Below, piece after piece: positions 63,461-64,000 of a stretch of DNA of 64,000 nucleotides (the first letter of the stretch is position 1; every line of letters begins with the position of its first letter). The translations under genes and the position numbers were made by a program. Below the pieces are notes generated by a model, which saw only the letters and a program-made list of their open reading frames with translations, did no database searches and was not told the DNA's origin. The stretch is from Octopus sinensis (Eukaryota), in the NCBI RefSeq assembly GCF_006345805.1, contig NC_043020.1:26474001-26538000 (forward strand), given 5' to 3'.

Positions 63461-63817
63461 TACCCTGCCTTAGCGGAGGTATTGTTTCCAGTAGTGTTTG
63501 TATGTTTGTCCATGGACAAGCTATCTTGAGCACCGCTGGATAGATTTGGATGAAACTTTCAAGGATGTTTGGCCCCATGACTGGGACGAACTGATTAGAT
63601 TTTGGGATCGATCCGTTACCGGACAAGGATTCTGGATTATTTTTCCTGTTCTCTTTTTTCTTTAATTTTTGAGAGTGGCTGGGTTCATTTTTAGTATTCT
63701 CATTTGTGAGAGCAGTCGAGTTTATCTCAGATATTCTCATTTTAAAAATCATCTCTGGCTAATCATTGAGTGGATGTTGGTGTTGCCTTGGCACAGGTTT
63801 GCATTCTCTGAGTGCTC

Positions 63818-63822
<5 letters not shown>
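63458..63822 (+). mobile_element. Helentron-type element nested in the LINE (TTA)n tail
   Basis: Homologous to 38900-39261; (TTA)n on both sides. Confidence 0.72.
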
Positions 63823-63854
<32 letters not shown>

Positions 63855-63856
<2 letters not shown>

Positions 63857-64000
63857 GGTGATGAGCTGTCAGAATCATTAGAGCATTGGACGAATTGCTT
63901 AATGGTATTTTACCCTTCGCTGTGTTCTGAGTTAAAATTCCGCTGACGTCAACTTTGCTTTTCATCCTTTCGGAGTTGATAAATTCAGTTCCAGTTATGT
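63855..64000 (+). mobile_element. SINE family C, cut by the window edge
   Basis: GTTCTGAGTTAAAATTCC...CTTTCATCCTTTCGGAGTTGATAAATT. Confidence 0.8.

Overview
Eukaryotic, AT-rich, extremely microsatellite-dense DNA whose SINE repertoire looks octopod (Octopus-like cephalopod; inferred from repeat families, not from a search). Almost every ORF in the supplied track is a translation of a simple repeat or a SINE and is rejected. The window is dominated by at least five SINE-like families (a tRNA/CORE-like family with about 30 copies or fragments), LINE remnants (CR1/L2, RTE, Tx1/L1), DNA-transposon derivatives (hAT, Tc1/mariner, piggyBac-like and Merlin-like MITEs, Helentron-type elements) and Penelope-like fragments with hammerhead-ribozyme-like cores. 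No complete host gene is visible; the sequence reads as the intron interior of a very long gene, probably on the + strand. The most striking non-repeat signal is a candidate recursive splice site at 19454/19455 (branch point, 410-nt AG-free pyrimidine zone, CAG|GTAAGT) with a 63-nt cryptic RS-exon and a downstream block rich in antisense-donor and CTAAC motifs. Also notable are a candidate 99-nt exon at 47731-47829 with a mirror-image splice architecture on the opposite strand, two apparent LINE-SINE partner pairs visible in the window, and several hammerhead-like motifs. Repeat boundaries are approximate (about +/-10-20 nt); family names come from remembered motifs and need database confirmation.
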